From assembly GCA_947489705.1 (NCBI GenBank), contig CANLEQ010000007.1:93937-157936 (forward strand): a DNA stretch of 64,000 nt. Direction: 5' to 3'. The stretch comes from an uncultured Rhodobacteraceae bacterium (GTDB lineage: Bacteria > Pseudomonadota > Alphaproteobacteria > Rhodobacterales > Rhodobacteraceae). Made by a program: the position numbers and the translations under genes. Below are positions 37,363 through 46,937 of the stretch, in pieces. The notes below the pieces were generated by a model, which saw only the letters and a program-made list of their open reading frames with translations, was not told the origin of the DNA and searched no databases. Position 1 is the first letter of the stretch. Every line of letters begins with the position of its first letter.

Positions 37363-37475
37363 GCGCGGAATCCCCAAAGGTGTGATCATCGCGCAAACCT
37401 TGCGCAGGCAAGGCGCGCTTGTCAAAGCCCGACCGGGGCTGGCCTCGCCCTCGGGGCCGTGGCAGAAGGCGCATC

Positions 37476-37814
37476 ATGGACATCTACAAGATCTTCAGAC
37501 CCGCGGAATTCGAGGCGTTGCGACAGAGCGGCGAGAGCACGGGCGCGCCGATCGATCGCGACGACGGCTATATCCACTTCTCGACCGCCGATCAGGTCGC
37601 CGAGACGCTGTCGAAGCATTTCGCCGGGGCCGGCGATCTGGTGCTGTGCGTCTGCGACGCCGACGCGCTCGGGAAAGCCCTGAAATGGGAGCCGTCGCGC
37701 GGCGGCGCGCTGTTCCCGCATCTCTATCGCCCGCTGGCCTGGGGCGACATCGCCTGGCACGCGCCGCTCTTCGAGGAGAACGGAGCGCATCCCCTGCCCG
37801 GGCGGGTGGGATGA
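37476..37814 (+). CDS. DUF952 domain protein
   Basis: [15 protein letters not shown]...[11 protein letters not shown]...[14 protein letters not shown] is the characteristic DUF952 pattern. ATGA overlap with pyrD. Confidence 0.8.
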   Translation: MDIYKIFRPAEFEALRQSGESTGAPIDRDDGYIHFSTADQVAETLSKHFAGAGDLVLCVCDADALGKALKWEPSRGGALFPHLYRPLAWGDIAWHAPLFEENGAHPLPGRVG

Positions 37815-38866
37815 ACGGGGTCGAACGGCTCGGCCTCGCGGCCCTTCAGCGGATCGACCCGGAGCGGGCGCATGGGCTGGCGCTGCGCGCGCTGAAGGCG
37901 GGAATCGTACCGCTGCCCGGCGGGCCGGTCACCTCCACGCGGCTGCGCACGCGGATCGGGCCGCTCGATCTCGACAATCCCGTGGGGCTCGCCGCCGGGT
38001 TCGACAAGAATGCGGAAGCGCTGGCACCGCTGGCGCGGGCCGGGTTCGGCTTCGTCGAGGTCGGGGCCGCGACGCCGCGGCCGCAGGAGGGCAATGCGCA
38101 GCCGCGCCTCTTTCGGCTGCGCTCGGACCGCGCGGTCATCAACCGGTTCGGCTTCAACAATGTCGGCGTGGAGGCGATCGCCGGGCGACTTTCAAAGATG
38201 CAAACGGGCGTGCCGCGCGGCCTGAACCTCGGGACCAACAAGGACAGCGCCGATCGCGCCGCCGATTTCGCCGAGGTGCTGCGCCGCGCGGGGCCCCATA
38301 TCGACTTCGCGACCGTCAACGTCTCGTCGCCCAATACCGAAAGGCTGCGCGATCTGCAGGGGGCAGAGGCGCTGGCGGCGCTTCTGGAGACGGTGATGCA
38401 GGCGAACGGGGCGCTTGCGCGGCCGGTGCCGATCCTGGTCAAGATCTCGCCCGATCTCGACGAGGCGGGCCTTCGCGACATCGCCCGCGTGGCGGAGGCG
38501 GCCGGCGTCGCGGGACTCGTCGCGACCAACACCACGCTCTCGCGGGAGGGGCTGGACGCCGCGGCGCAAAGCGAGGCGGGCGGGCTGTCGGGCGCGCCGC
38601 TCTTCGTGCGGTCGACCCGGGTGCTGGCGCAGCTCTCGAGCGTGACGGACCTGCCGCTGGTCGGCGTGGGCGGCGTGGCATCGGGGCAGGACGCCTATGC
38701 CAAGATCCGCGCCGGGGCGTGTGCGGTGCAGCTCTATACGGCGATGGTCTTCGAGGGCATGTCCGTCGTGGCGCGCATCGCCCGGGAGCTCGACGCGCTG
38801 CTCGCGCGGGACGGGTTCGCGACCGTGGCCGAGGCCGTCGGGACGGATCGCGAAAGCTGGCTCTAG
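37811..38866 (+). CDS. pyrD: Dihydroorotate dehydrogenase (quinone), class 2
   Basis: [43 protein letters not shown]. Confidence 0.93.
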   Translation: MNGVERLGLAALQRIDPERAHGLALRALKAGIVPLPGGPVTSTRLRTRIGPLDLDNPVGLAAGFDKNAEALAPLARAGFGFVEVGAATPRPQEGNAQPRLFRLRSDRAVINRFGFNNVGVEAIAGRLSKMQTGVPRGLNLGTNKDSADRAADFAEVLRRAGPHIDFATVNVSSPNTERLRDLQGAEALAALLETVMQANGALARPVPILVKISPDLDEAGLRDIARVAEAAGVAGLVATNTTLSREGLDAAAQSEAGGLSGAPLFVRSTRVLAQLSSVTDLPLVGVGGVASGQDAYAKIRAGACAVQLYTAMVFEGMSVVARIARELDALLARDGFATVAEAVGTDRESWL

Positions 38867-40239
38867 GTGCCGGGCCCGGGCGCGCGCGGGTCCGCCATTG
38901 TCCCGACCGATCGTTCCAGGGCGGGATATTTCCAGCCCAGTGTCGCGCCGCGGGCGACGAAGCTCGTCAGAAGCGCCATCCACAGGCCGTGATTGCCGAA
39001 GGCCGGCACCAGCACCGCAACGCAAGCCGCGTAGATCGCGACCGAGACCCCCATCATGTTGCGCATGTCGGCGGTGCGCGTCGCCCCGATGAAGATGCCG
39101 TCGAGCATCCAGGCCGCGCAGCCGAGGAGCGGCACCGCCACCATGAAGCCCAGATAGCGCCGCGCCTCGTCGCGCACCTGCGGCGCGGTGGTCATGATCT
39201 CGACGATCGCGTTGCCGAAGATCGCGAAGCCCAGCGCCAGAAGCACGACCGTCACGGCCCCCCACCCGCTCGTGAGCAGCGCGCCGCGGCGGAACAGATC
39301 GCGCCGACCCGCGCCCAGGGCGCCGCCGACGATGGCCTCGGCCGCGAAGGCGAACCCGTCGAGCGCATAGGCCGTTATGTTCACGAATTGCAGCAGGATC
39401 TGATTGGCGGCGAGCGGCACGTCGCCGAAATCCGCGCCGAGGAACAGGAAGCTGACGAACACCGCCTGAAGCAGGAACGACCGGATCAGGATGTCGCCGT
39501 TGACCTGCGCGAAGCGCCGCAGCCGCGCGGGATCGGCGACACGGGCCCAGTCGCGCCAGGCCGGCGTCGCGAAGGCCGACCGGCAGAGCCAGAGGCCCAA
39601 GAGAAGCCCCGACCATTCCGCGATGAAGGTGGCGATCGCCACCCCCTCCACCCCCCAGCCGAGGCCCAGCACGAACCACAGGTCGAGCCCGATATTGAGC
39701 CCGTTCATCAAAAGCTGGATGACGAGGACGCCGCGGGTCCGCTCGGCCGCGATGAGCCAGCCCGTCACGGCATAGAGGCAGATGAGCGCGGGCGCCGAAA
39801 AGACGCGGATTCGCATGTAGGCGCGCGCCATTTCCTCCACGGCGTCGCTGGCCGGAGAGATCTGGAAGGCGAGCCAGAAGAGCGGCACCTGCGCCACGAT
39901 CATCGCGAGGCCCGCGAAGGCCCCGATCCCGAGGGCGCGGCTCAGGATCGCGGCGGCTTCGTCGTCGTCGCCGCGCCCCAGCGCCTGCGCCGCGAAGCCG
40001 GTCGTGCCCATCCGCAGGAAGCCGAAGATCCAGTAGATCGCGGTGAGAATGACGGCGCCGATCCCCACCGCCCCGATCGGCGCGGCTTCGCCCAACTGTC
40101 CGACGACGCCGGTATCGACCACGCCGAGGATCGGCACCGTCGCGTTCGAGAGCACGATCGGCAGCGCGATCGCCAGCACCCGGCGATGCGTGACGTCGCG
40201 AGGCCCGCGCGGCGCGGGGTCAGCCGTCGCCGCGGGCAT
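38863..40239 (-). CDS. MATE-family efflux transporter
   Basis: 12 hydrophobic segments; N-terminal ...[32 protein letters not shown] is typical of DinF/NorM-type MATE proteins. Confidence 0.85.
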   Translation of the reverse strand: MPAATADPAPRGPRDVTHRRVLAIALPIVLSNATVPILGVVDTGVVGQLGEAAPIGAVGIGAVILTAIYWIFGFLRMGTTGFAAQALGRGDDDEAAAILSRALGIGAFAGLAMIVAQVPLFWLAFQISPASDAVEEMARAYMRIRVFSAPALICLYAVTGWLIAAERTRGVLVIQLLMNGLNIGLDLWFVLGLGWGVEGVAIATFIAEWSGLLLGLWLCRSAFATPAWRDWARVADPARLRRFAQVNGDILIRSFLLQAVFVSFLFLGADFGDVPLAANQILLQFVNITAYALDGFAFAAEAIVGGALGAGRRDLFRRGALLTSGWGAVTVVLLALGFAIFGNAIVEIMTTAPQVRDEARRYLGFMVAVPLLGCAAWMLDGIFIGATRTADMRNMMGVSVAIYAACVAVLVPAFGNHGLWMALLTSFVARGATLGWKYPALERSVGTMADPRAPGPGT

Positions 40240-40735
40240 GCGGCATCACGAAATGAACCAGGGCCTGGGCATAGAGGCGGTCGCGATTGTCCTGCCACGC
40301 CTCGACCTGAACGCTGGCATAGCGCCGGCCGGAGCGGTTGATCCGCGCGCGCGCATAGGCGTCGCGCGGCAGGCCCGAGCGCAGGTAGTCGATCGTGATG
40401 TCGATGGTCTTGGGCATGCGCGGCATCGTCTCGGGGCCGAGCGCCTCGGGATCGACGCGGCCCGATTCGATCTCGTCCCAGAGCCGCGACCAGGCCAGCG
40501 CGATGGTCGCCGTGGTCTCGAGGAACGCCGCCGTGGCCCCGCCATGGAGCGCCGGCAGCATGGGATTGCCGATCAGCTTGTCGGCATAGGGCAGGATCGA
40601 CGTCAGCTCGTCGCCGCGCCGCTCGAAGCGGATGCCGAGATGGCGCAGATAGGGAATGCCGCCCACCAGCGCCTCGAGCGCCGCGTCGCGGCGATGCTTG
40701 ATGACCTGCACGGGCTCTGGGGGTGGCCGGTTCAT
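40220..40735 (-). CDS. PaaI/hotdog-fold thioesterase family protein
   Basis: ...[21 protein letters not shown]..., hotdog length. Start MNRPPPEP at 40735 with ATGA overlap to the upstream paralogue. Confidence 0.75.
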   Translation of the reverse strand: MNRPPPEPVQVIKHRRDAALEALVGGIPYLRHLGIRFERRGDELTSILPYADKLIGNPMLPALHGGATAAFLETTATIALAWSRLWDEIESGRVDPEALGPETMPRMPKTIDITIDYLRSGLPRDAYARARINRSGRRYASVQVEAWQDNRDRLYAQALVHFVMPHARGDG

Positions 40736-41160
40736 CCGGAGGATCCCGGCTCGATCGTGAAGGCACCGGTCGCGGTCGCCACCGGCGCGTCCTCGTCGTC
40801 GTCGAGGGCGCGCGCCCGGACGAAGGCGACGGACCGGGTGACGTGGTAGCATTCGGCCCGCGCGCGGATCGCCTGGCCCGGCGTCGCGGGGCGCATGTAG
40901 TCGATCCTGAGATCGAGCGTCGCCGTGCCCGCGGGCGCGGTGTCGTGCAGCATGACCGCCAGACCGCCGCAGGTATCCATCAGCGCGGAGACCGCGCCGC
41001 CATGGATGATGCCGGTCGCGGGATCGCCGACCAGCTTCGCGTCGTAGGGCATCTCGATTTCCGCAGCCCCCGCGCCAAGATCGACCAGCCGCATGCCCAG
41101 ATCACGGGCATGGGGGATCACCTCCACGAATTGGCGCGCGATTTCGGCACGATCCGTCAC
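40732..41160 (-). CDS. PaaI/hotdog-fold thioesterase family protein
   Basis: ...[21 protein letters not shown]..., 142 aa. Confidence 0.8.
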   Translation of the reverse strand: MTDRAEIARQFVEVIPHARDLGMRLVDLGAGAAEIEMPYDAKLVGDPATGIIHGGAVSALMDTCGGLAVMLHDTAPAGTATLDLRIDYMRPATPGQAIRARAECYHVTRSVAFVRARALDDDEDAPVATATGAFTIEPGSSG

Positions 41161-41231
41161 GGCCGGCTCCTTCGCATTCCCGTGTGCGCCCTTTCTATGG
41201 GGCTTGAAACGGGATCGACAAGATGTAATTC

Positions 41232-41250
41232 ACTAATGAGAATAATTCGC
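41232..41250. promoter_or_regulatory. Fur-family (Fur/Mur) box-like site upstream of the putative Mn transporter
   Basis: ACTAATGAGAATAATTCGC matches 13 of 19 positions of the classical Fur box GATAATGATAATCATTATC. It lies in the only AT-rich patch of the intergenic region, 16 nt before the ATG. Confidence 0.35.
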
Positions 41251-41265
41251 AAGAGCAGGAAGACC

Positions 41266-42414
41266 ATGTCCTCGACCTCCTCCCCGGTCCTCAAGGCGCC
41301 GCATGTCGCGACCGCGCCGCCGTTCGCGCGACGGCCCCGCCGGCTCGCGATTGCCCTGGCGCTCGTCGCGCTCGCGGTCGCGCCGGGCGAGCTCGGGCGG
41401 CTGACACGGGCGCTCCTCACCGACGCCTACGTTCAGGTGAGCGTGTTCGTGGCGGCCACGCTGTTCGTGTTCTACGGGGCGGAGCGGCTCTTCCGGTTCC
41501 GCATCGGGGACGCCCTCGCCAATGCGCGGGGCTGGCAGGTGCCGATCGCGGCCATGCTCGGCGCGACACCGGGTTGCGGCGGCGCGGTGGTGGTGGTGGC
41601 CGCCTATTCCTCGGGGCATGTGAGCTTCGGCGCCGTGGTCGCGACGCTGACCGCGACGATGGGCGACGCCGCGTTCCTGCTGATCGCGACGCGGCCCGAC
41701 GCGGCGGCGGTGGTCCTCCCGATCTCGCTGGCGCTCGGGGTTCTGTCGGGCTGGATCGTCGACCGGCTGCCGCAGGTGGATCTGCGCACCGACGCCGCGC
41801 GCGCGCCGCATGCGCCGCCCCTGATCGGTCGGACGCGGCCGGAACATATGGCCTATCTCGTTTGCGGCGCGCCGGGCCTGATCGTGGGCGTCGCGCAACT
41901 GGCGCAGATCGACATGCCGACGATCCTCGGCGTGCCGGTGCTTTGGATCGCGCTGGCCGGCACGGGCATCGGGCTCTTCATCTGGGCGACCTCGCCACTG
42001 CAGGCGATGACCAATCCCGAGGATCCTCCGGTCGCCCGGATGGCCGAAGAGACGGCGTTCATCTCGATCTGGGTGATCGGCGCCTATCTCGCCTATGACT
42101 ATGCGGTGGCGTTCGCGGGGCTCGATCTTCGGGCCTGGTTCGGGGCGATCGCCCCTGTCCTGCCGCTCGTCGGGGTGCTGATCGGGTTCGTGCCGGGATG
42201 CGGACCGCAGGTCCTGGTCACGACCCTCTATGTCAACGGCCTGGTTCCGTTCTCGGCGTTGATGGCCAATGCGATCTCGAATGACGGCGACGCGCTTTTT
42301 CCCGCCATCGCGCTCAACCCGAGGGCGGCCGTGGTCGCCACGCTCTATTCCGCCGTGCCGGCCCTGGTGGCGGGATACGCGTTCCACATCCTCGCGCCGG
42401 GCTTCATGAACTGA
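41266..42414 (+). CDS. Putative divalent-metal (manganese-type) transporter, 10-TM family with paired PGCG motifs
   Basis: Polytopic. GATPGCGGAVVV in the N-half and FVPGCGPQVLV in the C-half (internal duplication), NAISNDGDALFP. Recalled as the family annotated putative manganese transporter / ArsP_2-like. Confidence 0.65.
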   Translation: MSSTSSPVLKAPHVATAPPFARRPRRLAIALALVALAVAPGELGRLTRALLTDAYVQVSVFVAATLFVFYGAERLFRFRIGDALANARGWQVPIAAMLGATPGCGGAVVVVAAYSSGHVSFGAVVATLTATMGDAAFLLIATRPDAAAVVLPISLALGVLSGWIVDRLPQVDLRTDAARAPHAPPLIGRTRPEHMAYLVCGAPGLIVGVAQLAQIDMPTILGVPVLWIALAGTGIGLFIWATSPLQAMTNPEDPPVARMAEETAFISIWVIGAYLAYDYAVAFAGLDLRAWFGAIAPVLPLVGVLIGFVPGCGPQVLVTTLYVNGLVPFSALMANAISNDGDALFPAIALNPRAAVVATLYSAVPALVAGYAFHILAPGFMN

Positions 42415-42496
42415 GCGCCGGCGCGGGCAACCTGCCGCGATCCCGGAACGTCCCCGCGCCTCGCGTCGTTGCCCAGACAACAGCGCGGAGCATTCC

Positions 42497-43255
42497 ATGA
42501 CCGACCCTCTATGCCTCGCCGTGATCGGCGCCACCGGCGCCACCGGCCGGCAGATCGTGACGCAGGCCCTGTCGCGCGGGCACAAGGTCCGCGCGATTGA
42601 GCCCGTATTTCCCGACGATCCGACGCTGCCCGGCACGATCGAGCGGGTCACGGCCGACGTGCGGGGCGACGACCTGCGGGCGGCGCTCGAAGGATGCGAC
42701 GTGGTGATCTCGGCCATCGGCATGGGGCTCTCGCCCGAAGCCGTTCTGGCGCCGCCGCCGCTCTATACCGAAGGCGCCGTTCGCATCACCGAGGCCATGC
42801 GCGCCAATGGGCAGCGTCGCCTGATCGTCGTCTCGGCCAGTTTCGTGGCCGCACGCAACCGCGGGCCGCGCTGGTTCCGGCTGGCATCGGGGATTGCGCT
42901 CGACCGCATCTTCACGCAGATGGGCGAAATGGAGCGCATCCTGCGTGCAAACCCCGACATCGACTGGACCGCCGTGCGCCCCGGCTGGCTCATGGAGGGT
43001 GACCTGACGGCGGATTACGTGGTGACGCCCGAAAGCATCGCGCCGGACCTGATCCGGACGCGGCGCGCGGACCTGGCGCATTTCATCCTGAATTGCGCCG
43101 AAAGCGGCGATTGGATCCGCGGCACGCCCGCCATCGCGCGCGCCGAACCCGCATCCGCAAGCCGGCCCGACCGCCTGCTCGAGGAGCTCATGCGGACGAT
43201 CACGAAAGAGGCGGCCGCGCGCCGAAAGGAGCACCGGGACCGCCATGAGCGATGA
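42497..43255 (+). CDS. NAD(P)H-binding (NmrA / atypical SDR-like) protein
   Basis: LAVIGATGATGRQIV Rossmann motif; 252 aa; the 3' end overlaps the next gene by 11 nt. Confidence 0.8.
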   Translation: MTDPLCLAVIGATGATGRQIVTQALSRGHKVRAIEPVFPDDPTLPGTIERVTADVRGDDLRAALEGCDVVISAIGMGLSPEAVLAPPPLYTEGAVRITEAMRANGQRRLIVVSASFVAARNRGPRWFRLASGIALDRIFTQMGEMERILRANPDIDWTAVRPGWLMEGDLTADYVVTPESIAPDLIRTRRADLAHFILNCAESGDWIRGTPAIARAEPASASRPDRLLEELMRTITKEAAARRKEHRDRHER

Positions 43256-43613
43256 GAGATTGTCCCTGAAAGAGATGTGCGCGCGGTTCGAGGTCACGCC
43301 GCGCACCCTGCGCTATTACGAGTATATCGAACTGCTCGAGCCGCAGCGCGACGGTCGCGCGCGTTTCTACGGGCCCAGATGCGTCGCGCGGATGACCCTG
43401 ATCATGCGCGGACGACGCTGGGGGTTCAGCCTCGAGGAGATCCGGCAATGGCTGTCGCTCTACGATCATCAGGGGACGGACGCGCAGATGCGCGCTTGGG
43501 TCGAGCTCGCCGACCGCAAGCTTGCCGAGTTGCGGGAGGATCTCGCGCGCCGAGAAAAGGCAATCGACGAGCTTCAATCCAGCCGCGATCGCGTCGCCCG
43601 GACGCTCGACTGA
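43245..43613 (+). CDS. MerR-family transcriptional regulator (paralogue 1)
   Basis: HTH MCARFEVTPRTLRYYEYIELLEP plus a coiled-coil C-terminus. Confidence 0.85.
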   Translation: MSDERLSLKEMCARFEVTPRTLRYYEYIELLEPQRDGRARFYGPRCVARMTLIMRGRRWGFSLEEIRQWLSLYDHQGTDAQMRAWVELADRKLAELREDLARREKAIDELQSSRDRVARTLD

Positions 43614-43646
43614 CCCAATTTGCCTAAAGTTGACGCAACGTTTGCA

Positions 43647-43660
43647 TTACGTAAACGTAA
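43647..43660. promoter_or_regulatory. Palindrome TTACGT-AA-ACGTAA, candidate MerR/LiuR-type operator, downstream of a TTGACG -35-like hexamer (43630-43635)
   Basis: Perfect 6-bp arms read from the sequence, preceded by a related unit ACGCAACGT (43633-43641). Located 70 nt upstream of the second MerR gene. Confidence 0.4.
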
Positions 43661-43729
43661 CCTTTGCTTGCCCGACCCGGTGCCGATGCGGCAGATACGG
43701 TGGGCGGGCGGGTGACAAGCGAAGGCGTG

Positions 43730-44128
43730 ATGATGACCGAAGACCTAATGACGATCCGGAATATGTGTGACGCGTTCGACGTCACGCCGCGCACCCTGAG
43801 GTTCTACGAATCGAAGGAATTGCTCGCCCCCGTGCGCGACGGACAGAAGCGCCTCTTCACGCGGCGCGACCGGGCGCGCCTGAAGCTGATCCAGCGCGGC
43901 AAGCGGTTCGGGTTCAGCCTGGAAGAGATCCGGCAATTGCTGGACCTCTACGAGCTCGGGGATGGTCAGGAAACGCAGCTCCGCCGCACCTACGACATCG
44001 CACGCGAACGCCTTGCCGACCTCAAGCAGCGTCGCGCCGAGATCGACGAGGCGATCGCCGATCTCGGCGAGCAGATCCGCTGGGGCGAGGATGCCCTCGC
44101 CAAGCTCAGCCGCGGCTCCGCCGCCTGA
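43730..44128 (+). CDS. MerR-family transcriptional regulator (paralogue 2, LiuR-like position upstream of acyl-CoA dehydrogenase)
   Basis: HTH MCDAFDVTPRTLRFYESKELLAP. Start at ATG 43730 (GAAGG upstream); the track start 43664 is less likely. Confidence 0.85.
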   Translation: MMTEDLMTIRNMCDAFDVTPRTLRFYESKELLAPVRDGQKRLFTRRDRARLKLIQRGKRFGFSLEEIRQLLDLYELGDGQETQLRRTYDIARERLADLKQRRAEIDEAIADLGEQIRWGEDALAKLSRGSAA

Positions 44129-44161
44129 TTTCCCCCCGGTTCGACACGACAGGATTGTCCG

Positions 44162-45940
44162 ATGCCCGTCTACACTGCCCCCCTCCAGGATCTGCAATTC
44201 GTCCTGCACGACGTCCTGAACGTCTCGCAAAGCGCCACGCCCGGCTATGACGAGCTCGACGTCGATCTGACCCGTGCGGTCCTGACGGAAGCCGGCAAGA
44301 TCGCCGAGAACGTGCTGGCCCCGCTCAACCCCGTGGGCGACCGCGAGGGATGCCGTCTCGAGAACGGCGTCGTCCGCACCCCCGAAGGATTCGCCGCGGC
44401 CTATGCCGAGATGCGCGCGGGCGGCTGGATGGGGCTCGATTGCGACCCGGATTACGGCGGTCAGGGCATGCCGCACCTGCTGCAATCGGCGGTGGGCGAG
44501 ATCTTCGTCTCGGCCAACATGGCGTTCAACATGTATCAGGGCCTGTCGCACGGGGCCTACAACGCCATCCATACCCACGGAACCGACGCACAGAAGCGCA
44601 CCTATCTGCCCAACATCGTCGACGGGATCTGGTCGGGCACGATGAACCTGACCGAACCGCATTGCGGCACCGATCTGGGCCTCATCCGCACCAAGGCCGA
44701 GCCGCAGCAGGACGGCAGCTACAAGATCAGCGGCCAGAAGATCTGGATCTCGGCGGGCGAACACGACCTGACCGACAACATCATTCACCTGGTCCTCGCC
44801 CGGATCCCCGGCGGGCCCGAGGGCGTGAAGGGCATTTCCCTCTTCATCGTGCCGAAATTCCTGGTGGGCGAAGACGGCGCGCTCGGCGACCGCAACACCC
44901 TCTCCTGCGGCGGGCTCGAGAGCAAGATGGGCATTCACGGCAACGCCACCTGCGTGATGAACTACGACGGCGCCACCGGCTTCCTGCTGGGCGAAGAGCA
45001 CAAGGGCATGCGCGCGATGTTCACCATGATGAACGAGGCGCGGCTCGGCGTCGGCGTGCAGGGATATGCCCAGGCGGCGGTCGCCTATCAGAACGCGCTC
45101 GCCTTCGCGCGCGACAGGCTCCAAGGCCGCGACGTGACGGGGGCACGCAACCCGGAGGGCCCCGCGGATCCGATCATCGTGCATCCCGACGTCCGCCGGA
45201 ACCTGCTCGACCAGAAGAGCTTCGTGGAGGGCGCGCGGGCATTCGCGCTTTGGGGGGCCTCGCTGATCGACGGCTCGCATCGCGGCGGCGATGCCGAGGA
45301 CGAAGCGATGATCTCGCTGCTCACGCCGGTCCTCAAGGGGTTCCTGACCGACAAGGGCTTCGAGACGACCGTGCTGGCCCAGCAGACGCTCGGCGGTTCG
45401 GGCTTCACCCGGGAATGGGGGCTCGAGCAATTCGTTCGCGATGCGCGCATCACGATGATCTACGAGGGAACCAACGGCATCCAGTCCCTCGATCTGGTGG
45501 GGCGCAAGCTCGGCCTCAACGGCGGCAAGACGATCATGGCGTTCTTCCGGATGGTGAAGGACTTCATCGCGGCGAACGGCGACGATCCCGCAATCGTGGC
45601 CGACTTTCTCGTGCCGCTCGAACGGGCCAGCAAGGATCTTGAGGCGGCCAGCATGTACTTCATGGAGAACGGCATGAAGGACCCCAACAACGCGCTTTCG
45701 GGCAGTTACGACTACATGCATCTCTTCGGGCATGTCTGCCTCGGCCTGAGCTGGGCGCGCATGGCGAGGGCCGCGCGGATCGCGCTCGACGCAGGAGCGT
45801 CGGATACGGAGTTCTATGAGACCAAGCTCGCGACAGGCCGGTACTACATGGCGCGCCACCTGCCGGCGACCGCCCTGCACCGCGCGCGGATCGAAACCGG
45901 TGCGGCCCCCGTCATGACGCTGGACGCTGCCTGCTTCTGA
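44162..45940 (+). CDS. Long acyl-CoA dehydrogenase (FadE-type with extra C-terminal domain)
   Basis: 592 aa; [10 protein letters not shown], ...[17 protein letters not shown]... Confidence 0.92.
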   Translation: MPVYTAPLQDLQFVLHDVLNVSQSATPGYDELDVDLTRAVLTEAGKIAENVLAPLNPVGDREGCRLENGVVRTPEGFAAAYAEMRAGGWMGLDCDPDYGGQGMPHLLQSAVGEIFVSANMAFNMYQGLSHGAYNAIHTHGTDAQKRTYLPNIVDGIWSGTMNLTEPHCGTDLGLIRTKAEPQQDGSYKISGQKIWISAGEHDLTDNIIHLVLARIPGGPEGVKGISLFIVPKFLVGEDGALGDRNTLSCGGLESKMGIHGNATCVMNYDGATGFLLGEEHKGMRAMFTMMNEARLGVGVQGYAQAAVAYQNALAFARDRLQGRDVTGARNPEGPADPIIVHPDVRRNLLDQKSFVEGARAFALWGASLIDGSHRGGDAEDEAMISLLTPVLKGFLTDKGFETTVLAQQTLGGSGFTREWGLEQFVRDARITMIYEGTNGIQSLDLVGRKLGLNGGKTIMAFFRMVKDFIAANGDDPAIVADFLVPLERASKDLEAASMYFMENGMKDPNNALSGSYDYMHLFGHVCLGLSWARMARAARIALDAGASDTEFYETKLATGRYYMARHLPATALHRARIETGAAPVMTLDAACF

Positions 45941-46038
45941 CGAAACGCCGAGACCGTTGCGCGGCAGAAGCGACATGTCGGAAGCGCCCGCGAAGCCCCG
46001 ATGCCGGCGCGGCGCGCATGTGCGGGACGCCTCCGGCG

Positions 46039-46228
46039 GGAGTATTTCAGGACAGATGAAGACCCGGCGGATCACCCCGTTCCGGCGACAGCAGATACCG
46101 CCAAACGACCGGAACGGGGCTTCACCTGTCGCGGTCATCGGCTCTCCAGCCTGTACCGCGACAAAAACCTAGCGCGCCGACCCTAATCCCCGGTTACTAT
46201 CCTGCTTCATCTGTCTGAAAAATACTCC
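46039..46228. repeat. Inverted-repeat-bounded, REP/MITE-like intergenic element
   Basis: GGAGTATTTCAGGACAGATGAAG (46039-46061) is the imperfect reverse complement of CTTCATCTGTCTGAAAAATACTCC (46205-46228). Internal perfect 11-bp hairpin CCCCGTTCCGG (46075-46085) / CCGGAACGGGG (46109-46119). Confidence 0.5.
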
Positions 46229-46285
46229 GCGGGGGTGCGGGGGCGCGAAGCCCCCGCCGGCGATCCGCAAACCAGAGGGCGCGAC

Positions 46286-46927
46286 ATGACGATCCAACTC
46301 CATTGCTTCGGCGAATCGGGAAATGCCTACAAGGCGGCGCTGACACTCGAACTGGCGGGCCTCGACTGGGCGCCGGTTTTCGTCGATTTCTTCAACGGCG
46401 AGACGCGCGGCGACGCCTGGCGGTCGCGTCTCAACGAGATGGGCGAGGTGCCGGTCCTCATCGACGGCGACATGCTTCTCAGTCAGTCTGCGGTGATCCA
46501 GGATTACCTGGTCGAGAGATCCGGCAAGCTCGGTGGCGCGCCCGAGGATCGGCGCGAGATCCTGCGCTGGCAATTCTGGGACAACCACAAGCTCAGCGGT
46601 CAGGCCGGCATGACGCGGTTCCTGATGAACTTCCTGCCCGAGGAAAAGCGGCAGCAGCCCGTCATCGATTTCATGCAGGGCCGGTTGCGGGCCGCGTATC
46701 AGGTGCTCGACGCGCATCTCGGAGATCGCGACTGGATCGCCGGTCGCGACGTCACGGTCGCCGATCTCTCGTGTTGCGGGTATCTCTACTATCCGGAGCC
46801 GTTCGGGTTCGACCGCGCCGAATGGCCCGCGATCGACCGTTGGCTCGGGGCGATCCAGTCCCTTCCGGGCTGGAAGCACCCCTACGATTTGATGCCCCGC
46901 GGGCTGGCCGACGCCGCGGGCGCGTGA
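46286..46927 (+). CDS. Glutathione S-transferase
   Basis: N-terminal thioredoxin-like fold with GEVPVLIDGDMLLSQSAVIQDYL plus a helical C-domain. ATG preceded by AGAGGG. Confidence 0.85.
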   Translation: MTIQLHCFGESGNAYKAALTLELAGLDWAPVFVDFFNGETRGDAWRSRLNEMGEVPVLIDGDMLLSQSAVIQDYLVERSGKLGGAPEDRREILRWQFWDNHKLSGQAGMTRFLMNFLPEEKRQQPVIDFMQGRLRAAYQVLDAHLGDRDWIAGRDVTVADLSCCGYLYYPEPFGFDRAEWPAIDRWLGAIQSLPGWKHPYDLMPRGLADAAGA

Positions 46928-46937
46928 GGAGGACGAC

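Noticed and set aside
45957-46186. Small ORFs (71 and 61 aa) in the acyl-CoA dehydrogenase / GST spacer
   Set aside because: Arg/Pro-rich, with no SD, and they overlap the inverted-repeat and hairpin structure. The region is better explained as a non-coding repeat element.
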